A stretch of 64,000 nucleotides of DNA. Source: Rebecca billardiae RCC1528 (lineage: Eukaryota > Protista > Haptophyta). The notes under the pieces were generated by a model. That model was not told where the DNA came from and did no database searches. It saw only the letters and a list, made by a program, of their open reading frames with translations. The stretch is taken from the NCBI GenBank assembly GCA_965240325.2, contig OZ251223.1, forward strand, positions 2,294,001 through 2,358,000, given 5' to 3'. The translations under genes and the position numbers were made by a program. Positions 43,291 to 54,281 of this stretch are shown here, in pieces; position 1 is the stretch's first letter; the number at the start of each line of letters is the position of its first letter.

Positions 43291-46200
43291 TTACACTGTC
43301 AGTGTCAACTCCGGCGGCCTCCGGCACCGTGCCGGCGTGCCGCGCTCCAAATCCTTCGCCACCGCTGGCTCCACGGCGTCGTTGACCTTGATCTCAACGG
43401 GCGTCCCTGGCGCCGGTGCCGCCTCCGTCTCCGACTCGGGTAAGGAGCCCTGGAAGGAGCGCTCGAGCTCGGTCTCCCTCTGCACCGCCGGGAGGAGCGC
43501 GCGCACCTCGGTGTTCACGCGCGCCGGGCCGGCGAGACCAATGGCGTGGGCGATCGCCTTCCGCTCGATCACGGCGCCATCCGCGGCGTCGAGGGGGGCT
43601 GGGTGGGTGGCCGCGGCGTAGGCGATGTGGAACGCGTCCACCGCCGCGATTGCCGCGCTGCGCTCACTGTCGGTCTCGCCGACGACGACCACCTCGACGT
43701 CAGCGAGCGCGGCGCCGCTCGCGCGCCACGCGAGCAGCCGGCCGACAAACGGAAGCTGCTCGAGCAGCGAGGGCGACACGAGGCAGAGCAGCTTGCGGGA
43801 GCGGCAGAGAGCCACCACCTCGTGGGCGAGGAGCTGCTGCCGCCGGAGGTAGGGGTCCGCGCAGAGCACGTCGATCCACACGCGCGGCCAGGCCCCGTGC
43901 GCGGCCCTGTGCGCGCGCGCCCAGCGCTGCAGCGCGGCCGTGCGCAGCTCGGCCGGGTCGGTCGGCGAGTGCAGCACGTAGTAATCGATCTTCTCGGGAT
44001 TGAGCAGCCGCGAGTCCGTCACGTCGACCGGCGTCGTCGAGAGCAGAATCGAGCGACCGGCGACGCCGCTCGACGCCGCCTTGCTGTTCCAGCCCGCCTT
44101 GCCGTGGCCACGTTTCGGGCTCGCGAGCATCATTGCCGGGAGGCGGGAGGCTCGGGTCGGGTGTGCCGTGGGTGTGCTCATAGGACTGACAGAGCTGCTG
44201 TCGCTGCGCTGCAAGCGCAACAGCTGCGGGCCCGACTGCACGGCGGCCGCGGGCTTCGTCAGGCTGCGCATCGCTGCCTCGTCGAGCTCGACGGAGCGGA
44301 GCGAGCGGAGGGCTTCTGGGACGAGGCGCCACGGCTCGACCACTTCGCCCGTGCCGTAGCCGACGAGCGGCGCGAGCGCGCACACCAGGTGCTGCTTCTC
44401 GCCGGAGGCGGCGCGGTCGATGAGCGCGCACACGGACGCCCGCACGGGCGGCAGCAGGAGCACGACCCCCAGCCAGAGCGCGAAGTTCGCGGTGAAGATC
44501 ACGAGCGGCACGAAGTGCGGCGAGTACGGCACCCCGCTCATGCCCTCGTGGCCGCAGCGCCACGAGATGAGCGCGACGTACGGCACGCCGAGGGTGGCGG
44601 TCAGCACGCACGTCCACAGCCAGAGCGCGTGCAGCCGCATGTCCTGCGCGACCATCGGCGACACGTCGCGCGTGCGCCACCACTCGCGCGCCAGGAGAGC
44701 GTTGGAGATGAGCACCGACAGCGCGCCGAGGACGACCCACGCCGGGCTGACCACGCTCATGACCGGCGGCGGCCGGATGTAGCAGAACATGTAGGCCTTG
44801 GGCTCGTGCGCGAGCTGCGACACCGCGGCCTTGAGGAGGATCGCGGCGAAGCCGAACATGTTGATGGAGCCGATGGTCGCGATGAGCGTGGTGGCGCGCA
44901 TGTGCGACGCGATGGGCTGCAGCGCGAGCAGGCCGAGCACCCACGCGTTGAGGATCGCCGCCGCCGCGACGATGCCGACGGCGTGCATCCGCTCGTATGC
45001 GCGCACGTCCGACAGGCCCGGCTGCGGCTCAAACGAGGTCCAGCTGTAGACGGCCATGCCCGCTGCGCACAGCGTGATGCAGATGGTCGCCGCAACGCGC
45101 GTCACGCGCTGCAGCCGCGTGCGCGTTGCGCCCAGCGAGCAGTCGAGCAGCTCGATGATCTCCGCGCTCGAGAGAATGTGGTTCCCGCCCACGTCGCGAC
45201 GCTTGGCCTTGGGCGAGGCAGAGCCCTCCACCTCGGGGGCCACGCGCGCACCGGACGCCAGCTTGAGCCTCCAGTCGTGCCCGCTGTCCTCCGCCACGGC
45301 GCCATCGGTCGACGACGTGCGCTGCAACCCGCCGCGTAGCTCGCGGTGGTCGGCCAAGCGCGCATGCGCGATCCGGCGGTTGACCCGCGGCGTGAGCGGC
45401 GCGCTGCTGAGCACCACGTCGTGGTACACGTTGCGCAGCAGCTGCACGACGTGCGTCACGTCGAGCGCGTGCTCGGGCGCCAGCAGGAGCATGTGCTCCG
45501 CCTTGGGCGCCGAGGGTGAGAGCCGCACGTCGGCGCGCTCGCAGCGCGCGACGGCGTCCGCCGGCTTGCCCGGCAGCACGCTCATCAGCGCGACGACGTC
45601 GTACGGCTTGACGTAGCCGTTGAGGTACGGAATGATGTCCGTGCTCCCGTCGAGATCGCCGAGATCGCGCCGCTCAAAGCCGTCGCGGTCGATGCCGCAG
45701 AACGTCTCGAAGAACCACTGCTTCGTGCAGCGCGCGGGCAGATGGCCCGCGCAGAGCTTCACCCACAGGCCCGCGAGTCCGAGAAACTGTGCGTTCGCGA
45801 GGTACGCCATCACCGGCGACCGCGTGCGCTCGGCGAACGAGCGCGCGAGCTGCATCGGCAGCAGCGGCACCGCGTGCCGCGAGACGGCAGTGAGCGGCAG
45901 CCCTTTGCCAAAGCAAAAGTCGTACACGGCCGTGGCGGCCTCGCGGTCGAACTCGTTATTCACGCTCGTGTCAGGCGCCCACCGCTGCGCCGCCTCGTCA
46001 AACTCGAGCCCGGCCTGCACCGCGATGCGCATCACCTTGGCCAGCACGAGATCGGGCTCGCGTGCGAGCAGCTCGGCCACGTCGCTGAGGCCTGCGATGC
46101 AGACGACCACGACCGCCTTCGCCCGGGCAGACTGGAGCACGCGGACGAGCGACATGTGCGCGGACGTCTCGAGACGCGAGTCGTCCACGCTCGCGTACCC

Positions 46201-46581
46201 CTTGAGCGCGTACTCGTGCGCGACTGGCTCGTAAGGCTTGCCCTCGCTGCCAATCGCGACCGGCACCGCGCGCACGTCGATCGCGTCCAGCAGGCAGCGT
46301 GCCAGCCTCGCGCGGTTCCTGGCCTGCTGTCCACCGGTCGTAACAACGAGCCGCAGATCGATGTCGCCGCGCTTGTGCAGCGTCCCCGCGATCAGAATCG
46401 CCTGAAGGCAGGGCGGGAGGAGGCGCGGATGTGAGAGAGGCGCGGCGGGTGGTCCGGTGGTCGCCTGTTCGGGAGCGTGAGAAGCTGGGCGTCGGCGCCT
46501 CACCTTCACATCGTCAGGGTCAGGTCCCGGATCCGTGACCAGAACGATCTGTTGCGCGCGCCCCGCGCCTCGACTCGGCAT
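43291..46581 (-). CDS. XopQ/HopQ1-like nucleoside-hydrolase domain + ~6 TM helices + degenerate TIR-like domain; intron 46402-46503
   Basis: LVTDPGPDPDDVK, CIAGLSDVAELL, NNEFDREAA..VY, YL..AQ..L.GLW, WFFETF and PYDVVAL. Six hydrophobic segments at ~45100-44455. DYYVLHSPTD..WA..PRVWIDVLC..RKLLCLVSPS forms the TIR-like part. Confidence 0.85.
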   Translation of the reverse strand: MPSRGAGRAQQIVLVTDPGPDPDDVKVRRRRPASHAPEQATTGPPAAPLSHPRLLPPCLQAILIAGTLHKRGDIDLRLVVTTGGQQARNRARLARCLLDAIDVRAVPVAIGSEGKPYEPVAHEYALKGYASVDDSRLETSAHMSLVRVLQSARAKAVVVVCIAGLSDVAELLAREPDLVLAKVMRIAVQAGLEFDEAAQRWAPDTSVNNEFDREAATAVYDFCFGKGLPLTAVSRHAVPLLPMQLARSFAERTRSPVMAYLANAQFLGLAGLWVKLCAGHLPARCTKQWFFETFCGIDRDGFERRDLGDLDGSTDIIPYLNGYVKPYDVVALMSVLPGKPADAVARCERADVRLSPSAPKAEHMLLLAPEHALDVTHVVQLLRNVYHDVVLSSAPLTPRVNRRIAHARLADHRELRGGLQRTSSTDGAVAEDSGHDWRLKLASGARVAPEVEGSASPKAKRRDVGGNHILSSAEIIELLDCSLGATRTRLQRVTRVAATICITLCAAGMAVYSWTSFEPQPGLSDVRAYERMHAVGIVAAAAILNAWVLGLLALQPIASHMRATTLIATIGSINMFGFAAILLKAAVSQLAHEPKAYMFCYIRPPPVMSVVSPAWVVLGALSVLISNALLAREWWRTRDVSPMVAQDMRLHALWLWTCVLTATLGVPYVALISWRCGHEGMSGVPYSPHFVPLVIFTANFALWLGVVLLLPPVRASVCALIDRAASGEKQHLVCALAPLVGYGTGEVVEPWRLVPEALRSLRSVELDEAAMRSLTKPAAAVQSGPQLLRLQRSDSSSVSPMSTPTAHPTRASRLPAMMLASPKRGHGKAGWNSKAASSGVAGRSILLSTTPVDVTDSRLLNPEKIDYYVLHSPTDPAELRTAALQRWARAHRAAHGAWPRVWIDVLCADPYLRRQQLLAHEVVALCRSRKLLCLVSPSLLEQLPFVGRLLAWRASGAALADVEVVVVGETDSERSAAIAAVDAFHIAYAAATHPAPLDAADGAVIERKAIAHAIGLAGPARVNTEVRALLPAVQRETELERSFQGSLPESETEAAPAPGTPVEIKVNDAVEPAVAKDLERGTPARCRRPPELTLTV

Positions 46582-48904
46582 GGGAGGGGGCGCGCAGCAC
46601 GGAGGTGCTCCAGCCTGAACCCCCCCGAACTACGCCTCACGAGGGGTTGGCTTGGGTTGGGGTCGCTCGTGAGCAGTCTGAGCTCGTGAGTGCGCAGCGG
46701 TGCTTTAGCTTTACTTACAGATCATCAGGGTCGCGCTGAAGATCCCGGCGGCACGTCCGATAGCATCTGATGAGCCTGGTATTCATTGGGGTGCAGCGTA
46801 CTTGATTGAGTGCTGTATTCATCTTCAGGGCTCCTTTAGCAGCGGGTAGCTTTTTCTCCCATTTTATCAATCAACATCGTCGATCATCTGATTATTGGTA
46901 ATCAGCGAGCCAGCAGCCGCACGCCAATAATTCGCCAAAGACTCCGCGCGGGCGCCGAGGCGCCGGTGGTCTTCCGCACCCATGTGGGTTTTTTCATCAC
47001 TTTTTTGATTCATCCTCCCGCCTCCGAGATAGCCGAGATCAGGCCGAGATCGTCATCAGCGCCTTGGTCAGCGCGGCCATCCTGCCATGTCGTGAGACTC
47101 GTGTGCGACCGCGCTGCAGTCGATGAGTGAGTCTTTCCACGCTCAGGACGGCAGTACGCGCACACCCACGCATGGATTAGGGGTCTGTTAGGCATATAAC
47201 GCGTATCTACCATAGCGCGTTCTTCCTGCCTGGCCGGTCGCTCTCGCTCGCGCTGCACGCCGCTCCGTGGTTCGCACGTCGGTGCGGGCGGCCGTCTTGT
47301 CTCTCGTCGACGCGTGCTCGCACCGCCGCGCAAGGTGGAGCGGGTGAATAGGCCACTCCAGACACGTGCGGGCGGTCGTATGATACCTAGGCGCGTCTGA
47401 AAACACGCAGGCGCGTAGGCACTCTGGCGTCTACCGACAGCCGCGGACTGCCGACTAGACAGAGTAAGCTAAACGACACGTGTATTGTCGTAAGCTACAC
47501 TCGTGTACATGGGGGAGTGTATTCAACGACTCTCATTCAGAGCGCATGCCATTCCCGCCGGCTGTACTGGTACTTCGGCGAGACCTCGCCCTGCACGTCA
47601 GTCAGTTGGTTCAGGGGGCCCGTCGGTCAGTACGGCAATACTACGACTACTATTATACCGTTGATACTCCCGGTGCCGTGACCGTCTCAGCGTGGCACGG
47701 TATCGGACTATCAGTGAGACTGTGAGTGTACCCGTACCGCCCTTTTGTGAGTAGTGTGCGCGCGCGGCGGCACTGCGGTCGCGCGGTCGCGCGTGCCTTT
47801 CCTAGCAACCGTTCCCGGCAGAGCCGCGAGAAGGCGGTTACACTTCACTCATAATAGTGGCAGGGCTGCCGGCTGGGCTTACTGATTACACATATAGGAC
47901 GCAGCCTGCGGAGAGGGTGGCGCACGCGGCGGGCTCGGCGGGGTCGAGCGCGCAGTGCGCGATCACCTCGAGCAGCAGCTGCGCCACCTCATACGCGCGC
48001 AGCGCCGGCGCGTCGGCGCGCGGCGCGGCGGCGGCAGCCGAGCCGGCGGCGGCCGGGCACGTGACGCCTCTGGATCGTCACGCGACTTCGTCTGACTTTT
48101 GACTTTGCTCGATCAGACTGTCCAGGACACTACTGGTACACCTATTTTCAGAGAGCACTTATTGATTGCAGATAGAGCACAACGTCGAATGACACCCGCA
48201 TTGGCTTTTAAGAATCATCAATTTGCAATACTGCTAAGGAAGTCCAGGCGGCTTCTTGTCATCAGGAAGTAATCTGACGGGTTGAGGAATCTTGAATCAC
48301 AACCGCATCCTTGACTTTCCCGCTCAGACTGCCCAGGACACACTGCTTTTATTCAGAGAGCTCTGAATCATGGCAGATTGCCACCTGCATTGGCTTTGAA
48401 TCTGTCAAAGTCCAAGGCAGCCATCGGCGCCATTCCCCAGCTTGAGACTTTAATTCCAAGGCGCTGATAGCAATTTCAGCCGCAGCAGCCATATTGTTCA
48501 TGCAATTTACTACTCCAAAGATAAGGAGTATCGGCACACACAAGAGGTCTTCGGACCACACATCCAAGGGTCCAGGGTTTCTTCACCACTTAGGAAGGTA
48601 CCCTGAACTGGACCAAAGTACTACCATGCAGTAATCAGAACTTTCTTTTCATTTCGAGGAGACGTCCCAATCATCACAGGAAGCTTGCATGCAATGACCC
48701 GAAGGCAATCGACGGAATTCCGAGAGCATTCCGACCGAGGGAAGCAGGCACACGAAGATTCCAAAACCTTCGCTACCGCCACTTCCATCAGCTTTCACCA
48801 GACTGAAACATCAGTTACCTGAAACCACCGCCAGCAAGGGGGACGCCTCTTGCCGCCCACGAAACACAGTAGTAAGGACCGCACGACACGCGCGAAGCGC
48901 CAAT

Positions 48905-49252
48905 CGTGAAAAGCGCATTTGAGTCCATTGCAGACTCGGCCCTTGATTAGCAGATTTGATTGCGCGTAATTTCCACTATCCGATTCCCCTGTCCGTACAA
49001 ATCCATAATTTCAAGATAGTAAGCACTAGAAGTAACGGAACTGACAGATAGGGGGGAAAACCTCACATGGAAGCATCAATACACTGCTTCCATATGAGGT
49101 TTTTTCCCCTATCTGTCAGTTCCGTTACTTCTAGTGCTTACTATCTTGAAATTATGGATTTGTACGGACAGGGGAATCGGATAGTGCAAACGCGCAATCA
49201 AATCTGCTAATCAAGGGCCGAGTCTGCAATGGACTCAAATGCGCTTTTCACG
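48905..49252. repeat. Near-perfect AT-rich palindrome with ~170-bp arms and a 9-nt loop (49076-49084)
   Basis: The arms are reverse complements apart from a few substitutions and one small indel. Confidence 0.95.
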
Positions 49253-49402
49253 TACCTAAATCCAGTACCTACAAACTCCCCATACGGCCATACATGCATA
49301 AAATCAGACTGTCGCGCATCCTCGTCGTTCTTATGGCGGAGAGTCCTTCTTAATTACGCTTATATTTAGCTATATATCTAGTTGATGCGCGCGCAGCACG
49401 TG

Positions 49403-49496
49403 CCCCCCCCCCCCCCCCCCCCCGTGGCTTTCGGCGCTCACGCGGCTCAGAGAGTCAGACTGTCAATATAGGCGGGTACATTCGTACGGTTTTATA

Positions 49497-49543
<47 letters not shown>
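49403..49543. repeat. Poly-C tract (~21 nt, 49403-49423) and (TA)n (~49493-49543)
   Basis: Direct reading. Confidence 0.9.
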
Positions 49544-49547
<4 letters not shown>

Positions 49548-49563
49548 CTCGGGATACTGTTTA

Positions 49564-51493
49564 CCAGGTCGTTCCCCCTGCACTGGGAATCCGCGGTTTC
49601 GCACTATTCAGAGCACGAGGCCGCGGCATAGCAACGCAGATTTATTCTTCCGCTTGCTCTATCAGACCACTTGAACGATCTAATCGAGGTTTCCAATTGA
49701 AAATGACGAAAGTACATCCATCCATTAGAGAACCCAAATCCCGAGCGCGGCAAAGCCGTGGAACGCAGTAATCAGCCTCGTCAGCGATAGTCCGCTCACG
49801 AAATCGAGGCGCTGGAAATGAGTTCTTCGCGTGCAACCGCGGAGGCGGGAGCCCTCCCGCGGGTGCGGAGCACCGATTCTGACCCGCCCCCTGCGCCTGC
49901 GGCCGGGCGGCGAGTGCGATGCAGCTGGCCCGGCGCTGGGGGGCGCGGATGTGCTTGCGGAGCCGGCGTGCGTGGACGGGCTGTTGCGGGAGAGTATCTG
50001 CCGCCCTCCTGCGCCGCGCGACTTGCGCCACGCCTCTTTCGCCTCGGCTCAGGGCAGCGCGCACGCGCGCGCCGCCTCCGGGGCCAGCCTTCGGCCTGCG
50101 CCGCAGCCGACCGCGCGCGCGCCGTGCGCGGCGTGGTCGGGAAGGAACGGGCGCGGCTGCCGGGCGAGATGGCGATATCATGTGCGCACGCCATGCCGCC
50201 CCGCCACGCCTTGCCGAGCGTGTCGCTGGTCCATTTGCACGCCTCTTCGAGTTGTCACAAATGGTGTGCACGCGGCCTCGCCGGGTCGTGACCGCTGGGG
50301 GCCGCGCCCGGGCCAGGGCGCTGCGGGCGCGGATGTGCTTGCGGAGCCGGCGTGCGTGGACGGGCTGTTGTGGGAGAGTATCTGCCGCCCTCCTGCACCG
50401 CGCGACTTGCGCCACGCCTCTTTCGCCTCGGCTCAGGGCAGCGCGCACGCGGCGCGTCGCCTCAAGGCCAGCCTTGCCTGCGCCGGCAGCCGACCGCGTG
50501 CGCGCCGTGCGCGGCGTGGTCGGGAAGGAACGGGCACGGCTGCCGGGCGAGATGGCGATATCATGTGCGCACGCCATGCCGCCCCGCCACGCCTTGCCGA
50601 GCGTGTCGCTGGTCCGTTTGCACGCCTCCTCGAGTTGTCACACTATGAATGGTGTGCCACGGCCTCGCGGTCGTGACCCTTGCCGGGACGATCATTGAGA
50701 CACAGAACAGTGCCAAGCGGGCACGCGGGATACTCTTACATGAATGTTCATCACCACGTGGTCGTGTAGAAGTGCTGGGTGCGACGCTTTCCTCGCGCGG
50801 ATGCACTTTCATCATCTTCTTCGAGCTCCGAGGTCTGGCTTCAGGCACGACAAGAAATCAGCACTCGTCAACAGCTGTGCGGATCCGTTATCGTGCCCTT
50901 TCGCGGCGCCGCGGGGCGGCATGGCGTGCGCACATGATGTCGTCATCTCGCCCGGCAGCACCCCCCGTTCCTTCCCGACCACGCCGCGCACGGCGCGCGC
51001 GCGGTTGCGGCTGCGGCGCGGGCACGGTGCGGCCCTGGCCTCCGAGGCGGCGCGCGCGTGCGCGCTGCCCTGAGCCGCGGCGAAAAGAGGCGTGGCGCGA
51101 GACGCGCGGCGCAGGAGGGCGCCATATACTCTCCCGCAACAGCCTGTCCACGCAAGCCGGCTCCGCGAGCACATCCGCGCCCGCAGCGCCGTGCCCCGGG
51201 CGCGCCGGCCGCCAACGGCGCTCGGCCGCCTTCGCCTGCCCGCCCTGCCGCCGAGGGCAAAGGTCAAGATTTGGTCGGCCCTCGCCTGCCGAGCCGCCAC
51301 CGGCCGGGGGCTCCCTGCACCATCTATCTCATTGCGGCTCAATTTTGGGATTGCGAGACCAGCTCATCGATTGACGCACATCCGCACCCGCGAGACCTGA
51401 AAATCTTATTCGCGGGTAGCGACGGGTGCGTCCTGCGGCTGTTTTTCTCGTATGTCCAAACCGCGGATTCCCAGTGCAGGGGGAACGACCTGG
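49564..51493. mobile_element. Non-autonomous TIR element, probably Tc1/mariner-like (TA TSD), with internal ~380-bp duplicated and inverted modules
   Basis: Perfect inverted match between 49559-49599 and 51458-51498, including TA. Internal unit at ~49941 and ~50325, with an inverted copy at ~50905-51181. Confidence 0.85.
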
Positions 51494-51730
51494 TAAACGG
51501 ACCGCTGGTCTCAGGACGGGCCGGCCGTGCGCCATACTACAGTAAGCGTCTGAACAGTCATGCATCCGTGACAATCAGATCTGCTACTGTTACTGTGCCT
51601 GTTCTGAATCATCGTTCGGCGCCCCCGGTACTGTACTGGCACGGCACTGCACAGTCTGCACTCCCGACTCCGCCGCAGCCGTAGGCTTCAGAGTCGGCCC
51701 CCGGTTGTGAATCAACCCACCCCTTCAAGC

Positions 51731-52538
51731 TCACCGGGAGGAGATAAGTCGGGCGCGCTCCTGGGCGCGATGACGATGTGACGGCGAGCCCAGGCGACGC
51801 GGAGGCCTGGTGAGATCCAGGAAGGTCGCCGCGGCGGCGGGCGAGCCCGACGCGCGCTGCCTGGACTCGTGCCGCGGGCTGGTGCCAGCCGAGCCGACGC
51901 CGTTGGACGCCTGCTGCACCGCCTCGCCCGTGAGCTCCAAGTCGCTGCTGCCATCGTCATCGAACGAGCGCGAGCGATGGAGAAGCGAGCTACCCTCCCC
52001 CGGCAGGCTGGAGACCGACGCCCCACCCGACGAGCTGAAGCTCAGCCGGCGCAGCCTCGCGTACCACACGTCGCGGTCGCCGTGATGCTCGGCGGCGGCC
52101 GCCGCCTGCGTCTTGAGCACATTGTACGAGAGCAGGCCTGTCGAGCAGGTGATGAAGCCAACCGCGCGCACCCACGTCAGATCGTCGCCGAAGAGGATCA
52201 CGGCGCCGATGATGGTCATCAGCTGCTTGAAGATGCCGATCAGAGACATTGAGAGCGACGAGGTGAGCTCGACGAGGTAGTACTTGCTCAGCTGCAGCAA
52301 GAAGGCAATCAGGGAGACTGCGAGCAGGTACGCCACGAGCCGCTGCCGGTGGTCGGGGTCCGTCGCCCACTCCGAGCGCAGGAAGGGCTGCAGCTCGAAG
52401 GAGATCGCGAACGGCACGCAGGTGATGATCGTGACCGGCGTCACGAGGAGGATCGTGCCCAGAGGCGACGTCTTCTTCGGAGCCGGTGCACTGTCGCCCT
52501 TGCGCTGGTCGGCCGCGCTCGCCGTGTCGGATCCGCCG

Positions 52539-52570
<32 letters not shown>

Positions 52571-53254
52571 CCCGACAACGGTGCCCGTCACCGGCTCCGC
52601 GATCCGCTGTGCCGCTGGCTCCTCCAGCTGCCCCTCCGACGGCACAGCCGGGACGGCCGATGGGATGTGCTGCATCATCTTTTGCACGAGCACCCATCGC
52701 AGCCCTGCGACCGTGCAAGAGAGGGTGCACACGATAATGCCCGCCCAGTGGAACTTCACCTCGCCGGTGGAGGCGAGCGCGATGCCGAGGCAGACCGTGA
52801 GGATGGAGCAGATCTTCGCAGGCTCCATGTCCTCCAGCCCGGCGCACAGCGAGAAGGCGAGCACGAACGACGGGATGGTGCCGCGCAGCATTGTGAAGAA
52901 CGTCACGTTGAGGTACTGCAGCGACCAGTTGGCGGTGCCGATGTCCAGCCCCGTGCACATGCCCGTCGGCAGCGCCTGGCGCAGAAACAGCTCCCACGAG
53001 ATGCTCGGCGGGTGGATGATGCCGAACAGCGTGAGGAGGGCGGTCCATACCCACAACACCAAGTTGGTGATGAGCACGGTCATGAACGGGTACCCAAACC
53101 GCTCAGTGGTCAGCATGAACTTGTTCGCGTAGACCAGGCTCATGCCGAGCACGTACCACGACGCGATCGTTGCAAGGATCCGCGCACGGTGCGCGCTGAC
53201 CACAGCTGACCTCTCGCGCGGACTGCTGAGGCCCCCGTGGTCAGCATGGCGCAT
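51731..53254 (-). CDS. Nucleotide-sugar/triose-phosphate transporter family, SLC35C2-like; the reading frame stays open upstream of this ATG
   Basis: PTGMCTGLDIGTANWSLQYL, FVLAFS..GLE, AGLRWVLVQKMMQ, LVELTSSLSMSLIGIFKQ, and ~10 TM helices. Confidence 0.9.
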
Positions 53255-53514
53255 CAGCGCCTCTGCGCCGATGTGGCGTGTGCCGGCGGAAGCCGCCGGC
53301 GGGGGCCCTCCACGCGGCGTGCTGGCGGATCTCCACCCGCGGGCAGCCCGCCCGCGGCCGTCAGCGGCGTCGCACGCCGGAGCACGGCCCAGCAGCTCTC
53401 CCGCCGACGCCACGGGAAAGCGCCGCGCGAGGCGCGGGTGTGCAGCAGATCTGCAGATCTGGCACTTTGTTGTGTGCGCCGACGCCCGGGCCGGAATATA
53501 TCGCGCGTCGTACT

Positions 53515-53667
53515 GTGGCCGAGTGGGAGTACTGGCGTGCTCTTGCGTCTGAGGTCATGGGTTCAAACCCCCAGTTTCCAGGTCTCTCTTCGGAGAGCGT
53601 GCGATGAAGGATGGCGCGGCAACCTGCCACCGTGAGCCTTACGCACGTTAAAACAAATAAACTGTAA
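53515..53667 (+). mobile_element. tRNA-derived SINE-like element (Pol III A and B boxes, structured body, AATAAACTGTAA tail)
   Basis: A box TGGCCGAGTGG at 53516-53526 and B box GGTTCAAACCC at 53560-53570. CTCTC-TTCG-GAGAG hairpin. The 3' 36 bp recur at 18798. ACTGT is present at both ends. Confidence 0.7.
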
Positions 53668-53672
53668 GTCGG

Positions 53673-54281
53673 TATGGAGCGCTCGTTGGAACTTGGCGGG
53701 GCTTGGAACTTGACACCGCATTTCCCAGCGAAGTGCCCCATCTCGGCGGGGCTGGCACGGTCGGCACACGCTCCTGAGCGCTCGCTTTGCGGTGCGGCAG
53801 GCCTTGGGCAGCCCAGACAGACATGCCGCGACCGAATTACCGGGCCATGCGCGCACCACACCCGCGCTACATGGCCTACGCGCTGGACGACTGAGAGGCA
53901 ACGCCGAACCACTGCATTCCACTGCCCGGCATGCACCCCGAGTCACCTTCAGAGGGCGTCGACGAGCGCAGAGCGGGTGCGTGGGAGTTCGACCAACTCG
54001 TGTACCTTCTTGCAAGCACCAGCGGCGAGGTCGCAAGCCGAACCTTGACCAGCCGTGGAACTTGAGCTGGTCGGCAGCAAAACCACCGTTCAACCCGGAT
54101 CAAGTTAGCAGCGTGCGAGGAGGAGGCGCGGTGCGCGTCCGCGGCTGGCGAGAGGCGTCCGGACCGTGCCGTTCTCGGCCGCGCCCGCGCGCTTCCCGCC
54201 GCCGCGGGCCCCGTGTACGCCCGTCGTCGCCCTCGCCGCGCGGGCGCCAAACCGGCGTCAAGTTCCAACGAGCGCTCCATA
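53673..54281. mobile_element. MITE with 23-bp TIR TATGGAGCGCTCGTTGGAACTTG
   Basis: 53673-53695 is the exact reverse complement of 54259-54281, and there are internal GGAACTTG repeats. Confidence 0.85.

Noticed and set aside
46765-46800. Hammerhead ribozyme cores (CTGATGA here and at ~27459)
   Set aside because: There is no GAAA after a stem II and no closing helices.
47511-47520. Copia polypurine tract plus LTR start (GGGGGAG-TG)
   Set aside because: No second LTR, PBS or pol remnants were recognised.
49564-51493. Fanzor/TnpB-type RNA-guided nuclease cargo in TIR elements
   Set aside because: No RuvC or zinc-finger motifs, and no credible ORF in this or the other TIR elements.
53515-53590. 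Functional tRNA gene
   Set aside because: A and B boxes are present, but there is no convincing acceptor or anticodon stem, and it continues into a repeated tail.
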